Notes: generated by a model not told the origin, from the letters alone. 64,000 nucleotides of DNA from an uncultured bacterium (GCA_964403795.1 CAYOHP010000027.1:1257-65256), one strand, 5' to 3'; shown: positions 27,673 to 38,819, counted from the first letter of the stretch. Numbers and translations are program-made.

Positions 27673-28788
27673 TCACCCTCCCGAAGCCCGCATGGCCTTG
27701 GCCAGGGCGATCGATCCGAAGAGGAGGTTGTGGAGCCAGGCCGAGAGCAGCGGGTCGATCATCCCGCTCTTCCCGAGGGAGGCGGAGAGGCTCATGGTCA
27801 CGTAGTAGACGAAGGTGAGGATCAGGGCGACCCCGAAGCCCATGAATCCGCCGCTGCGGGCGTTGGTGATGCCCATGGTGGCGCCCAGGATCGAGAAGAC
27901 CAGGACGCAGAAGGGGAACGAGAACTTGAGGTAGAGCTCGACCCGGAGGTCGAGGGTGTTGGCGAGGCCGCGCTCCTCGAGCTCGCGGATCCGGGTCAGG
28001 AGTTCCTCCGGAGTTTGCTCCTGCGGGGTGCGGTCCACCCGCTGGAAGACCTCCGGAGCCTCCTCGAGGGGCAGCTCCATCACGGCCGCGGTACGGGTCT
28101 CCAGACGGCCCTGGGACCAGGGGGGCGAGGGGGGGTGGTGGACCTCGACCCGGGCGTCCTCCAGGACCCAGGTCCTGCGGTGCGGATCCCAGACGGCCTG
28201 GCGGGCCGAGGTCCGGTGGATCGGCCCGGAGGTGCCCTCGGGGTAGTCGCGGACGGTCAGGCGCAGCAGGATCGGGTCCTTCAGGTTCACCTGGCCGACC
28301 GAGATCAGGCGCCCGTTGCCCGATCGGAGCGTGAGGTTCTCCTGGTAGGTGGGCGGGAGGGTGTTCCGGAAGTGGCGGATCCAGAGGTCCTGGCTCCGGA
28401 CCATGGCCGGTGGAACCAGCCGGTTCAGGAACAGGTAGGTGCCCCCGGTGGCCAGGACCCCGAAGGCGACCACCGGGACGAGCAGCCGGAGCAGGCTGAT
28501 CCCGGAGGCCCGCATGGCGGTGAGCTCCCCGTTGCGCGACAGACCTGCGAAGCCCAGGAGGCCGGCCATCAGGGTGGCGACCGGGAAGATGAACTGCATG
28601 TCCTCGGGGACCCGGAACAGGAACCACTCGATCACGATGGACGGGGGGATGGTGCCCGCCACCAGGAACTTCACGGCCTTGTTGAGGGGCCCGAAGGCGA
28701 TGATGATGAGGGCCCCGATCAGGCCGAAGACGAACGGACCCACCAGGTGCCGGAAGATGTGGATGTCGAGGAGCTTGAGGGGTCGCAT
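27673..28788 (-). CDS. LptF/LptG-family LPS export permease
   Basis: LDIHIF, GELTAMRASGISL.RL, K.SFPF, G..LIL.FVYY. Confidence 0.9.
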   Translation of the reverse strand: MRPLKLLDIHIFRHLVGPFVFGLIGALIIIAFGPLNKAVKFLVAGTIPPSIVIEWFLFRVPEDMQFIFPVATLMAGLLGFAGLSRNGELTAMRASGISLLRLLVPVVAFGVLATGGTYLFLNRLVPPAMVRSQDLWIRHFRNTLPPTYQENLTLRSGNGRLISVGQVNLKDPILLRLTVRDYPEGTSGPIHRTSARQAVWDPHRRTWVLEDARVEVHHPPSPPWSQGRLETRTAAVMELPLEEAPEVFQRVDRTPQEQTPEELLTRIRELEERGLANTLDLRVELYLKFSFPFCVLVFSILGATMGITNARSGGFMGFGVALILTFVYYVTMSLSASLGKSGMIDPLLSAWLHNLLFGSIALAKAMRASGG

Positions 28789-28829
28789 GTCCGAGGTGCC
28801 CCCGGGTCCCGAGCCGTGCCTGAGGCCAC

Positions 28830-28858
28830 TTGTGGGTCGGGAGGGGCCGTGATACGGT
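28830..28858 (+). promoter_or_regulatory. Sigma70-type promoter for the opp operon
   Basis: TTGTGG-N17-TACGGT with extended TG. Confidence 0.4.
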
Positions 28859-28905
28859 AGCGCGGCTCCGGCCTCCGGGACGAGCCCAACACCCCTCGGA
28901 TCCGC

Positions 28906-29883
28906 ATGTTCGCCTACGCCGTACGTCGAATCCTGTACACGATCCCCCTGGTCCTCGGGGTGTCCTTCCTGGTCTTCCTCCTCTTCAACGTGGTGGGAGG
29001 GGACCCGACCTACATGATGCTCGGCAAGCACGCCACCAAGGCGCAGATCGCCGAGCTCCGCCACGAACTCGGGTACGACCAGCCGCTGGTCCACCAGTTC
29101 GTGTTCCAGCTCCGTCAGCAGATCACCTTCGACTGGGGTCGCTCCTTCGCCTACAAGCAGACCATCTCGTCGATGCTGGCCAACGGGGTGATCCCGTCCC
29201 TGTGCCTGACCGTCCCGGCGTTCCTCATGGGGCTCGTGATCGCGGTCTGTACGGCGCTGCTGGTCTGTTACAACCGGGGTTCGCGACTGGACCGGACGGT
29301 CGTGGTGATGACCGTCGCGGGCATGAGCATCACCTCGCTGGCCTACATCCTGGCGGGGCAGTACTTCCTGGCCTTCCGGCTGGCCGAGTGGACCGGGTAC
29401 GACATCTTCCCGATCCAGGGCTGGGAGTACCCGGAGAGCTGGCTCGACCCGGCCCAGCTCCTGAACACGGCCCACTACCTCTATCTGCCGTGGCTCATCT
29501 GGATCGTGACCGGACTCGGGTCGGACGTCCGGTTCTACCGGACCGTCATCCTCGACGAGGTCTCCCAGGACTATGTGCGGACCGCCCGGGCCAAGGGCAA
29601 CGCCGAGATGGTGGTCTTCTTCAAGCACATCCTCAAGAACGCCATGATCCCGATCATCACCTCGGTGATCATCGCCATCCCGTTCCTCTACACCGGGTCC
29701 CTCCTGCTGGAGAACTTCTTCGGTATCCCGGGGCTCGGGTCCATGGCCGTGAACGGGATCAACAACAGCGACTTCCCCGTCATCAAGGCGGTCACCTTCC
29801 TGGGGGCCCTGCTCTACATCGTGTTCAACCTGATCACCGACGTCTGCTATGCCATGGTCGACCCGAGAGTGAAGCTGGGGTGA
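28906..29883 (+). CDS. oppB: Peptide ABC transporter permease
   Basis: DYVRTARAKG EAA loop, HILKNA, ENFFGIPGLG, DPRV. Confidence 0.9.
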   Translation: MFAYAVRRILYTIPLVLGVSFLVFLLFNVVGGDPTYMMLGKHATKAQIAELRHELGYDQPLVHQFVFQLRQQITFDWGRSFAYKQTISSMLANGVIPSLCLTVPAFLMGLVIAVCTALLVCYNRGSRLDRTVVVMTVAGMSITSLAYILAGQYFLAFRLAEWTGYDIFPIQGWEYPESWLDPAQLLNTAHYLYLPWLIWIVTGLGSDVRFYRTVILDEVSQDYVRTARAKGNAEMVVFFKHILKNAMIPIITSVIIAIPFLYTGSLLLENFFGIPGLGSMAVNGINNSDFPVIKAVTFLGALLYIVFNLITDVCYAMVDPRVKLG

Positions 29884-29887
29884 AGGA

Positions 29888-31687
29888 GTGAGTCGGGACC
29901 ACACCTTCGCCGAGGCCACCCGGAGCGGATGGCAGGGGCTGCCGGACATCTGGTTCGGGATCCCCATGGCGGGCCGTATCCTGCTGGTGGTGCTCCTGGC
30001 CCTCGGAAACCTGAGGATCAAGGCACCGGCCTTCCTGGAGGAGTGCAAGCGATCCACGGGCGAGGTGAGGGCCTTGCTCGGGGACTCCATTTCCAGGCTC
30101 TCCAATGGGCGTCCCGATGCCCGGATGTTGACCGCCTGGAAGGGACTGCCTCCGGCCTGGACCGGACCCGAGGGGCGGGAGTCCGATCCGGCCGCCCAGG
30201 GGACCTGGACCTTCGCGGACGGCACCCGGGTCTCGGCCGAGGGAGAGGTCCTGGCCCCTCCCGAGGAGGCCGGGACCCGTCCCTCCTGGCGGCTCCGCGC
30301 CCTGCGCGACCTGCTGGTGGTGCGTTGGGTGTGGGCTGCCGACTGGTGGCCGGTGGTCTACGGGAGTGCCCAGTTCGCCTTCGTGCTGCCGGTGGTCTGG
30401 GCCGGCCTCCCGATCGCCATCCTGCTGGGGATCGTCCTCTTCCTCTCGGTTACCTCGCCCGGCGTCCAGACCGTGTTCCTGGCCGGGAGCATGCTCTCGC
30501 CCCTGCTCAGCGTGCTCATCCGGGAGCTGCCGAAGCGGGGCAAGTCGGGCCAGAGCCTGGGGGCCGACGCCTGGCGACGGATCCGGCGCGATCGGGTTGC
30601 CATGCTCTGCATGAGCCTGATCTACGTCTATGCCGTCACCGCCCTGCTCACCTCCCTGGGCGAACTCGCCCCGGGAGAGAACGAGGAGGTCAGGGTCCGG
30701 CGGATGGCGTGGGTCGGGGGTACCTGGCAGGAACAGGAGACCAGGGCGGGCGAGTACCGGCCGCCGAGCATCTGGACCAATCTGGTGGTGCGCCTGTTCA
30801 AGCTGAGGATGCTGGTCGACTCGAGCGCCCGGTCCGGCCTGCGGGAGTACCTGGAACTGGGACCAGTGCCGTCCAATGAAGAGCTGGAGGCCGAGCGCCA
30901 GGCATATGCCACCAGCGGAGGGAAGTCGGAGATCACCATCCCCGACGGCGACTACGCGGGTCCCGGGGCGGACAGCCTCTATCCCGACGAGCGGGCCCGG
31001 GTCCCGGGGTGGTTCGACTTCCCCTTCGGGACCGACTTCCTGGGCCGGGACGTCTTCAAGCGGGTGATCCACGGGACCCGGATCGCGATGTCGGTCGGCC
31101 TGGTCAGTTGCATCATCGCCATCCCCATCGGGGCCTTCTTCGGGGCCCTCGCCGGGTTCTACGGCGGCCTGGTGGACGAGTTGATCGTGCTCCTCTACTC
31201 CACGGTAGCGAGCGTGCCGGGCCTGCTCCTGCTGCTGGCCTTCGTCATGGTGGTCGGGAAGGGCATCCTCGGGGTCTACGTGGCCCTGGGGCTCACCTCC
31301 TGGGTGTCGCTGTGCCGGCTGATCCGGGGCGAGTTCATCAAGCACAAGGAGCGGGAGTACGTGGTGGCGGCCCGATCGCTCGGTGCCTCGGACTTCTCCT
31401 GCATCTTCAAGCACATCCTTCCCAACGTGTTCCACATCGTGATCATCAACTTCTCGCTCCGGTTCGTGTACGCGGTCCAGTCGGAGGTCATCCTCAGCTA
31501 CCTGGGAGTGGGCGTCCAGGGCCAGCCGAGCTGGGGGATCATGATCAACGACGCCAAGCTGGAGCTGGCCCGCGGCGTGTGGTGGCAGCTGGCCGGTGCG
31601 ACCTTCGCGATGTTCCTGATCGTGCTGGCGCTCAACATCTTTGGCGACATCCTGCGGGATGCGCTCGACCCCAAGCTCAGGGACTGA
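29888..31687 (+). CDS. oppC: Peptide ABC transporter permease with long N-terminal extension
   Basis: [44 protein letters not shown]. Confidence 0.9.
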   Translation: MSRDHTFAEATRSGWQGLPDIWFGIPMAGRILLVVLLALGNLRIKAPAFLEECKRSTGEVRALLGDSISRLSNGRPDARMLTAWKGLPPAWTGPEGRESDPAAQGTWTFADGTRVSAEGEVLAPPEEAGTRPSWRLRALRDLLVVRWVWAADWWPVVYGSAQFAFVLPVVWAGLPIAILLGIVLFLSVTSPGVQTVFLAGSMLSPLLSVLIRELPKRGKSGQSLGADAWRRIRRDRVAMLCMSLIYVYAVTALLTSLGELAPGENEEVRVRRMAWVGGTWQEQETRAGEYRPPSIWTNLVVRLFKLRMLVDSSARSGLREYLELGPVPSNEELEAERQAYATSGGKSEITIPDGDYAGPGADSLYPDERARVPGWFDFPFGTDFLGRDVFKRVIHGTRIAMSVGLVSCIIAIPIGAFFGALAGFYGGLVDELIVLLYSTVASVPGLLLLLAFVMVVGKGILGVYVALGLTSWVSLCRLIRGEFIKHKEREYVVAARSLGASDFSCIFKHILPNVFHIVIINFSLRFVYAVQSEVILSYLGVGVQGQPSWGIMINDAKLELARGVWWQLAGATFAMFLIVLALNIFGDILRDALDPKLRD

Positions 31688-31712
31688 GGGAGAGGCCCCC
31701 GTGGGAGTGCCG

Positions 31713-32924
31713 ATGAAGGACGCTGCGAAGCCGATGGCCGGGACCCCGGTTGTCGACGTCCAGGCCCTGAAGACCTACTTCTACACCGAGGACGGGGTCG
31801 GTCTGGCGGTCGACGACGTCTCCTTCTCGATCGGGAAGGGCGAGGTCCTCGGGATCGTGGGCGAGTCGGGCTGCGGGAAGTCGGTCACCTCGCTCTCGAT
31901 CATGCGCCTGGTTCCCAGCCCCCCCGGGCGAAATGCCGGGGGCCGGATCCTGTTCCAGGGAGAGGACCTGCTCCAGAAGTCCGAGGCGGAGATGCGCCGG
32001 ATCCGGGGGAACCGGATCGCCATGATCTTCCAGGAGCCGATGACCAGCTTGAACCCCGTGTTCACGGTGGGGAACCAGATCATCGAGGCGATCCGCCTCC
32101 ACATGAAGCTCTCCTACCGGGAGGCAGAGGAGCGAACCGTCATGCTCCTCGAGAAGGTGGGGATCCCGGGAGCGAAGCAGCGGGTCCACGACTACCCCCA
32201 CCAGTTCTCGGGAGGCATGCGTCAGCGGGCCATGATCGCCATGGCGCTCTCGTGCGATCCGAACCTGATCATCGCCGACGAGCCGACCACCGCCCTGGAC
32301 GTGACCATCCAGGCCCAGATCCTGGAGCTGATGAACCAGCTGCGCGAGGAACTCGAGACCAGCATCATGCTGATCACCCACTCCCTGCCCGTGGTGGCCG
32401 AGACGGCTCACCGGGTGGTCGTCATGTATGCCGGCAAAGTAGTCGAGGAAGCCGACGTGTACCGGATCTTCGAACGTCCCCGACACCCCTACACCATCGG
32501 GTTGCTTGGGTCCCTTCCCCGGCTGGGAACCAAGACCGGGAGGCTGTCGACCATCGAGGGCGTCGTGCCCTCACCCTTCAACTTCCCCCAGGGGTGCCGG
32601 TTCAAGAACCGCTGCGTGGAGGCCTGGGAGAAATGCAACCAGCTGCCGCCGTTGTTCCCGATCGGGGAGGGGCACTCCGCCCGCTGCTGGCTCTACGAGA
32701 AGGGCCCGGACCCGCTGCCTCCCGAGGCCAGGGAGGGCGGACCGCTGCCGCATGCCAAGCCGGGCACCCTGACCGGGAATCTCGCCGTCCCCGCTCCCTC
32801 CACCCTGGAGAAGGCGGCGAAGGCCGGCGAGCAGTCCGAAGCCGGGAAGCCCGCGGCTCCGGAGGACGCAACCGGGGCGTCCGGAGCGGGCGCCGGGTCC
32901 GGGGCCGACAAGGGAGACAGTTGA
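31713..32924 (+). CDS. oppD: Peptide ABC transporter ATPase
   Basis: [35 protein letters not shown], Cys-rich oligo_HPY tail. Confidence 0.9.
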   Translation: MKDAAKPMAGTPVVDVQALKTYFYTEDGVGLAVDDVSFSIGKGEVLGIVGESGCGKSVTSLSIMRLVPSPPGRNAGGRILFQGEDLLQKSEAEMRRIRGNRIAMIFQEPMTSLNPVFTVGNQIIEAIRLHMKLSYREAEERTVMLLEKVGIPGAKQRVHDYPHQFSGGMRQRAMIAMALSCDPNLIIADEPTTALDVTIQAQILELMNQLREELETSIMLITHSLPVVAETAHRVVVMYAGKVVEEADVYRIFERPRHPYTIGLLGSLPRLGTKTGRLSTIEGVVPSPFNFPQGCRFKNRCVEAWEKCNQLPPLFPIGEGHSARCWLYEKGPDPLPPEAREGGPLPHAKPGTLTGNLAVPAPSTLEKAAKAGEQSEAGKPAAPEDATGASGAGAGSGADKGDS

Positions 32925-32925
32925 G

Positions 32926-33948
32926 ATGGGTGCTGGAACTCTTCTCGAGGTCGAGGGTCTCCGCAAGTGGTTCCCGGTCCATGGTGGCGTCTTCAAGAGC
33001 CATGTCGGGGACGTGAAGGCGGTCGACGGCCTCACCTTCAAGCTGCGCAAGGGCGAGACCCTCGGCCTGGTGGGAGAATCGGGCTGCGGGAAGTCGACCA
33101 CCGGTAGGGTCATCCTGCGCCTGCTGGAGCCTACCTCGGGACGGATCCAGTTCGACGGCCAGGACCTGGTCGGCCTGCCTCCGGGCGAGATGCGCGCCAT
33201 GCGAAAGCGCATGCAGATGATCTTCCAGGACCCCTACGCCAGCCTGAATCCTCGCATGACGGTCTTCTCGATCCTGGAGGAGCCGCTGCTCATCCACGGG
33301 CTCGGGGATGCCAAGCAGCGGAGGGATCGGATCGAGTACCTGATGTCGGTGGTCGGCCTGCGACCGGACCAGATCCTGAACTACCCTCATGAGTTCTCGG
33401 GGGGACAGCGCCAGCGGATCGGGATCGCCCGTTCGCTGGCCGTGGAACCCGATCTGATCGTCTGCGACGAGCCGGTCTCGGCCCTGGACGTCTCGATCCA
33501 GGCCCAGGTCATCAACCTCCTGAAGGACCTCCAGAAGGAGTTCAAGCTCACCTACCTGTTCATCGCCCATGACCTCTCGGTGGTGGAGCACATCTCCGAC
33601 CGGGTGGCGGTGATGTATCTCGGGAAGATGGTGGAGCTGGCGACCTCGGAGGACCTGTACCGGGCCCCCAGGCACCCCTACACGATCTCCCTGATGTCGG
33701 CGGTCCCGACTCCCGATCCGCGGCGGAAGTCCAAGCGGGTGATCCTGGGCGGGGAGATCCCTTCGCCTCGCAACGCCCCCTCCGGTTGCCGGTTCCATCC
33801 CCGGTGCCCGGTGGCGACCGATCTCTGCAGTGCCGAGGACCCGCCCTTCCGGAACGCCGCGCCCGAGGGTGCCGACGAGCATTTCGTGGCCTGCCACCAC
33901 CTGGAGGAAGCCGCCGAGTTCCTGCGGTCGGTACGCATGGCGGTCTGA
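32926..33948 (+). CDS. oppF: Peptide ABC transporter ATPase
   Basis: [40 protein letters not shown]. Confidence 0.9.
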   Translation: MGAGTLLEVEGLRKWFPVHGGVFKSHVGDVKAVDGLTFKLRKGETLGLVGESGCGKSTTGRVILRLLEPTSGRIQFDGQDLVGLPPGEMRAMRKRMQMIFQDPYASLNPRMTVFSILEEPLLIHGLGDAKQRRDRIEYLMSVVGLRPDQILNYPHEFSGGQRQRIGIARSLAVEPDLIVCDEPVSALDVSIQAQVINLLKDLQKEFKLTYLFIAHDLSVVEHISDRVAVMYLGKMVELATSEDLYRAPRHPYTISLMSAVPTPDPRRKSKRVILGGEIPSPRNAPSGCRFHPRCPVATDLCSAEDPPFRNAAPEGADEHFVACHHLEEAAEFLRSVRMAV

Positions 33949-33985
33949 TCGGGTCTGCAAGGATCGGATCCGGAGCCGTCCTCGG

Positions 33986-34927
33986 TCAGGGAGCCGGGGA
34001 CGGTGCCGGAAGCGGCGGCTCCCGACGCGGGAACGGGATCTTCATGAGGTCCTTCGCCAGGATCGCCCCGGGAAAGTCCTTCTCGGTCGCCGCCCGGAAC
34101 GGCTCCATGTCGCCGTAGCGCTGGCTGAAGTGGGTCAGCACCAGGTTGCGGGCCCGGGCATCCCGGGCGATGGCCACGGCCTGGCCGACGGTGAGGTGGC
34201 CGTACTCCTCGGCCTGGCGCGCCTCGCTGTCGAGGAAGGTCGATTCGATCACCAGGAGGTCCACGTCCTCGGCGAGTGTCCGGGCCGCGGCGCAGTCCCG
34301 GGTGTCCATCACGAAGGCGAACGAGCTGCCGGGTTTGACCCAGGCGACCTCCTCCAGGCGGACCAGGCGTCCCCCGACCTCCAGGCTTCCCTGGCGCAGG
34401 AGCTCGCCCACGGCCGGCCCTCGCACCCCCATGCGTTCCAGTGCCTCCGGGTCGCAGCGCATCCCGTCGGGCTCCCGGATCCGGTAGCCGAAGCACTCGA
34501 TGGCGTGGTCGAGGGCGTAGGCCTCGATCGAGAAGGGAGGCCCGGTCTCCACCAGACCGTCCTGGTCGATCGGCACGTACTCCACCTCGAGGTGGTCGTC
34601 GTAGTGGGTGGCGTGGCGGAGTCGGTCGAGGAACTTCCGCCCCCGGGCGGGGAAGTAGACCTTGACCGGACCCGGGACCCGGTCCAGCGAGAGACGCTGG
34701 AACATGCCGGCGAGGCCCAGGGAGTGGTCCCCATGGAAGTGGGTCACGAAGATCCGGGTAACCGCGGTGGGCGGGACCCCCGCGAACACGAATTGGCGTT
34801 GGGTGCCCTCCCCGGGATCGAACAGGAGTCCTTCGCCGTCCCACCGGAGCAGGTATCCGTTGTGGTTCCGATGGCGCGTCGGGACCTGGCTCGAACTGCC
34901 GAGGATGACGAGGTCGCGCTGGCTCAT
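33986..34927 (-). CDS. rnz: Ribonuclease Z
   Basis: LGSSSQVPT..RN, FDPGEGTQRQ, THFHGDH, DT, GH, LTHFSQRY. Confidence 0.92.
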   Translation of the reverse strand: MSQRDLVILGSSSQVPTRHRNHNGYLLRWDGEGLLFDPGEGTQRQFVFAGVPPTAVTRIFVTHFHGDHSLGLAGMFQRLSLDRVPGPVKVYFPARGRKFLDRLRHATHYDDHLEVEYVPIDQDGLVETGPPFSIEAYALDHAIECFGYRIREPDGMRCDPEALERMGVRGPAVGELLRQGSLEVGGRLVRLEEVAWVKPGSSFAFVMDTRDCAAARTLAEDVDLLVIESTFLDSEARQAEEYGHLTVGQAVAIARDARARNLVLTHFSQRYGDMEPFRAATEKDFPGAILAKDLMKIPFPRREPPLPAPSPAP

Positions 34928-35001
34928 CGGGTCCGGTCACCAGGGCGCCGATCCCCGTGGCGACGGGCCTGGAGGGGGCGGGGCGGGCGAGGGGTGGGCT
35001 G

Positions 35002-35088
35002 TGGTGCGGTCAGAGAGACTTGAACTCTCACGGCCTTTCGGCCACCAGCCCCTCAAGCTGGCGCGTCTACCAATTCCACCATGACCGC
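35002..35088 (-). tRNA. tRNA-Leu(GAG), CCA encoded
   Basis: GCGGTCA/TGACCGC acceptor stem, anticodon arm CCAGC-TTGAGGG-GCTGG, long variable arm, GTTCAAGT T-loop, ACCA end. Confidence 0.97.
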
Positions 35089-35109
35089 ACGTCAGCTCGG
35101 GACGGGAGA

Positions 35110-35139
35110 AGGTTAGACCGGTCCCGGTGCGAGCGTCAA
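35110..35139 (-). promoter_or_regulatory. Sigma70 promoter for tRNA-Leu (and probably rnz)
   Basis: TTGACG-N18-TAACCT. Confidence 0.65.
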
Positions 35140-35205
35140 CGCGCATGTCGAGTCGATCGGGGTGCGGGATCCGGTCGGCCTGGCGGACCCGCGGCGTCGA
35201 CCCGG

Positions 35206-37638
35206 CTATTCGTCCCGGTCGTCCTCGGAGTCCCCGTCCTGGTCGCGGGAGCCACCGAAGCGGCCGAGCTTGCCGAGGCCGCGCAACGCCCGGTCGAGCG
35301 CCCGGCCGGCGTTGTCCACGGCGCGACCGGCATTGTCGACTGCCCTCCCGGCGTTGCCGAGTGCCTCCCCGACCTCGCCCCCGGCGCTTTTCGCCGCCTC
35401 CAGGGCGTCTCCGGCGGCATCCAGGCCGGCCCCGGCCTGGTCCATGGCTTCGCCGGCAAGATCCATCGCCCGCCCCTGGACCTCGGCGGCGGCGTCGAGG
35501 CTCCGGGCCGCGGCGTCCATCGCCTCACCGTAGCGGGTCATCCCCTCGGCGAAGGCGTCCTCGCCCCGCTGCCAGGCTCCGGCGCTCTCCGATAGGCTGC
35601 GGTCGAGGTCCCGGCTCCAGTTCCGGGCAGAGGCATGGAACTCGGAGGCGCGTGCGTCGAGGGTCGTCTCCACCCGGGTGCCGAAGGAGGACCAGCCCGA
35701 GCGGGCCTCGTCCGAGCCGAGGGCTTCCAGCCAGGCTCCCAGGCGGGAGACCTCGCGGGTGGCCGCCTCGGCCATCTCGAGGGCAACAGAGCCGGCCGCC
35801 AGTCCGGTGCGGGCTGCCGCCTCGGCCGTGCTCGTGGCTGCCCGGGCCACCTCCAGACCGGTCCGGGCTCCGGCGATGCCGGCCCGGGTCCCGGCCCGGG
35901 CCGCAGCCAGGGAGGCGTCCACCGCCACTGCCGCGGCGTCGAGGGCCGCCAGGGCCCCGATCTCCCCGGCCCGGGCCGCGACCCCAGCGGCTGCCAAGGC
36001 AGTGGCAGCGGCATCGAGAGCCGCACCTGCCGGAATGCGTACCGCGCCCTCGAGCTCGGGGAGCGAGAGGTCGAAGGCCCCTTCGGTCCGCCAGGCAAGG
36101 AAGCGGGTCGTGGAGCTGGTCCCGGTGGCAGGGTCGACCCGGACCAGCAGGCTGGGCAGGCGGGTGTCGGGATCGAAGACCATGCGGCTCGCCTCGGAGC
36201 CGTCCGGGGAGAGGAAGCGCAGGGTGTCGGGCGCCTCGAACACCACGGCGGTCTCCGAAACCCTGGTGCGGACCTCGGTCTCCACCCGCCCGCGTGCCCG
36301 GCTCCTGGCCTCGAGCGAGAGCGGCGGGAAGATCTCGAGGAGGGGATCGGTGGCAATGCGGACTTTGGCGGCGTCGAGGGGACCGCCGGCCTGGATCTTC
36401 GAGGCAGCCCAGCCGCGGGGACCCGAGACGGCGATCTCGGCCGTCGAACCGTCGGCCGTGACGGCTACGGCCAGCGGTCTCCGGTCGATCTCGACGCTCG
36501 ACCGGACGCTCGCTCCCAGCCTTCCCCCGCCCAGGCGAGCGGACTGGATGGCGAAGGACCCGGAGAGGGGCAGGGTGCCGCCCTCGATCCGGACCGCACC
36601 CGGGGCCTCGACCTCGACGTCGACGGAGAAGCCTTCGAGCGAGAGGAGGCGGGTGAGGACGCCGGCATACCGACTGCGGCCCTCGACCCAGGCAGCGTCG
36701 GTGCCGGTCGCACCATCGGAAGGCGCCCGGTAGGTCCCCGCGCCCTGGTCGGAGGTCCCGGAGGCCAGGCTGGTGATCTGGACCTTGCGGGTCGTGCCGT
36801 CGCGGGCCGGATTGGGGCTCTGGTAGCGGAGCCGGTAGCCGCTCTCGAGGGAGGCCGCCACGTCGGAGAAGACCGAGGCGAGCGAGGAGGTGTCGGTGGC
36901 GAAGAGGGCCCGGCCGCCGGTGGCGCCGGCCAGCTTGGAGAGCATCTCGCGGTTCACCTCCTCGCCCAGGCCGACCACGAAGACGGGGATGCCCCGGGCT
37001 CGGGAACGGTCGACGAGGTCGCGGGGACCGAGCCGGGAGAGTCGGGCGGTGGATCCGGCCTTGCCGTCGTTGCCGTCGGTGAAGGCCACGACCACCCGGC
37101 GGACGCCCTCCGGATAGCCGGCGAGGTTCCCGATCCCGGTGCCGACCGCGTCGTAGAGAGCGGTGTTGCCGGCCGCCCGCAGCGAGGCGATGGCCTGCTT
37201 CACGGCGCGCGGATCGGGCCGGAAGCCGGTCTCGGCGCTGACCCGGTCGGAGAAGGAGAGCACCTGGCAATGGGTGCGGGGATCGAAGGCGTCGACGAAC
37301 CGGGTGGCGGCCTTCTTCAATTCGGGGAGAGCGGAGCGCATGCTGCCGCTGCGGTCCAGGACCAGCGCCAGGTAGACCGGGCGATCGTCGGTCTCGACCG
37401 AGAAGGCGGAGACCGGCTTGCCATCCTCGGTGACCCGGAAGGCGTCCCGGGTGAGCGCCGGTAGGGGCTCGCGGGCGAAGATCCGGACCGATGCCTCGAT
37501 GGCCGGGAACGGGCGTCCCCCGAGGTGGGAGACCCGGGTGGAGATGGGGGCCGCTTGGATCCGAGGAGCGAGGGCCAGGAGCAGGGCCGGTGAGATCCGG
37601 GACCATCGCTTCGGGGGCGAGGAGGGGCGAGCGTCCAC
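35206..37638 (-). CDS. Secreted VWA-domain protein with Ala-rich helical C-terminus
   Basis: DRSGSM...T...FTDG MIDAS; signal-like N-terminus; apolipoprotein-like Ala/Glu tail. Confidence 0.85.
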   Translation of the reverse strand: MDARPSSPPKRWSRISPALLLALAPRIQAAPISTRVSHLGGRPFPAIEASVRIFAREPLPALTRDAFRVTEDGKPVSAFSVETDDRPVYLALVLDRSGSMRSALPELKKAATRFVDAFDPRTHCQVLSFSDRVSAETGFRPDPRAVKQAIASLRAAGNTALYDAVGTGIGNLAGYPEGVRRVVVAFTDGNDGKAGSTARLSRLGPRDLVDRSRARGIPVFVVGLGEEVNREMLSKLAGATGGRALFATDTSSLASVFSDVAASLESGYRLRYQSPNPARDGTTRKVQITSLASGTSDQGAGTYRAPSDGATGTDAAWVEGRSRYAGVLTRLLSLEGFSVDVEVEAPGAVRIEGGTLPLSGSFAIQSARLGGGRLGASVRSSVEIDRRPLAVAVTADGSTAEIAVSGPRGWAASKIQAGGPLDAAKVRIATDPLLEIFPPLSLEARSRARGRVETEVRTRVSETAVVFEAPDTLRFLSPDGSEASRMVFDPDTRLPSLLVRVDPATGTSSTTRFLAWRTEGAFDLSLPELEGAVRIPAGAALDAAATALAAAGVAARAGEIGALAALDAAAVAVDASLAAARAGTRAGIAGARTGLEVARAATSTAEAAARTGLAAGSVALEMAEAATREVSRLGAWLEALGSDEARSGWSSFGTRVETTLDARASEFHASARNWSRDLDRSLSESAGAWQRGEDAFAEGMTRYGEAMDAAARSLDAAAEVQGRAMDLAGEAMDQAGAGLDAAGDALEAAKSAGGEVGEALGNAGRAVDNAGRAVDNAGRALDRALRGLGKLGRFGGSRDQDGDSEDDRDE
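35293..35355 (-). repeat. 3 x 21-bp coding repeat (NAGRAVD/NAGRALD)
   Basis: Three heptad units, diverged at synonymous positions. Confidence 0.8.
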
Positions 37639-37769
37639 GGGCGTTCCTCTCGGGGCCGGCCAGGTCGGGGTCGGCAATGGGGGCCCGGTCCGGAGATCCC
37701 CGGGCGATCCCGATGTGGAACGTAGCACGGGGGGTGGTGCGGCCCGCGGTCGGGCGGTAGCCTGGTCGC

Positions 37770-38819
37770 ATGGTGCTGGAGGAGTCTGCGAACATCGCCC
37801 CGCTGCCGGTTCCGACCCCGGACGGGTCGCCGTCGCCGGTCCCAGGGGATGGCGGCAAGAAGCCGGCCTGGCCGGGCGAGAGCGCGGCCGACGAGGCGGC
37901 AGGAGAACTGCTGCAACTGGTCGCCAGCCTGCGGGCCGAGGGTCGCTTCCATCCCCTGGCGGCGGTCGCCGGTCACCTGGTCTCCCAACCCGGACGCTGG
38001 CTCCTGGGGCTGGTCCAGCTCGGCCTGGTGGTGACGGCCCTGGGACTGGGGCTGGAGGCGCTGAACGCCAGGGAGTTCCTCTCCTGGGGGGACGGCGTGC
38101 TCTACGGACCGCTTGCCTACCTCTACGTGATCCTCCCTGCCTGGTCGGTGCTCCGGGTCAGGGCCTGGACCGCCTCGGTGACCGGGAATCGCCCGGACCG
38201 GTGGCGGGAACTCTCCGAGGGTCTCCGGGCCTGGGTTCGCCTCATCCCCCTCCACGCCGGCCTGCTGGTCGGACTGACGGCGGGTTCCCCTTTGGTGATC
38301 CGAGGCATCCGGATGATCGGGGGAGGGAGCTTCGATGCCGAGCTGGCCGCCATAGGGCTCCACGTGGGGGCGTCCCTGCTCTGGGGTTACGTGGTCGCGG
38401 AGCACGTGATACTCGGCCGTCGGGTCCCCGCCGCCCTGCTCTCGGGCATGAAGGGCGCCATCGAGGACCTGCTGCTCCTTCCATGGAGGGCCTGGCGCTG
38501 GATCCAGGCGCCGGCAATCTCACGGCTGGTCTCGGGCCGCATGGCGGTGGTGCCGTACCTGCTGGCGATCTGGGGACTGACGGCCCTGGGCGTGATCGCC
38601 ACCCTGCTCGTCTCCTCGGGAGGACTGGGGGTCCAGCTGATGGGGCTCGGTTCCATGGGAGGCCTCTTCGCCATCTTGTTGCCGGGTGCCGGATTCGACC
38701 TCGGTGTCGGGGTCGCGACCCTGAACTACCTGGCGATGCTGACGGAGGCGCCGGTCTTGCCGGAGGACCCGGTTTCGGGCGCAGCCAGGATCGAGGCCGC
38801 GCCGGGACCGGAGCGCTGA
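37770..38819 (+). CDS. Multi-pass membrane hypothetical protein
   Basis: Six or more hydrophobic segments. Confidence 0.6.
   Translation: MVLEESANIAPLPVPTPDGSPSPVPGDGGKKPAWPGESAADEAAGELLQLVASLRAEGRFHPLAAVAGHLVSQPGRWLLGLVQLGLVVTALGLGLEALNAREFLSWGDGVLYGPLAYLYVILPAWSVLRVRAWTASVTGNRPDRWRELSEGLRAWVRLIPLHAGLLVGLTAGSPLVIRGIRMIGGGSFDAELAAIGLHVGASLLWGYVVAEHVILGRRVPAALLSGMKGAIEDLLLLPWRAWRWIQAPAISRLVSGRMAVVPYLLAIWGLTALGVIATLLVSSGGLGVQLMGLGSMGGLFAILLPGAGFDLGVGVATLNYLAMLTEAPVLPEDPVSGAARIEAAPGPER

Noticed and set aside
35002-35040. tRNA-Leu as the attachment site of the integrase
   Set aside because: No duplicate of the tRNA 3' end was noticed in the window, and the flanks are ordinary host genes.
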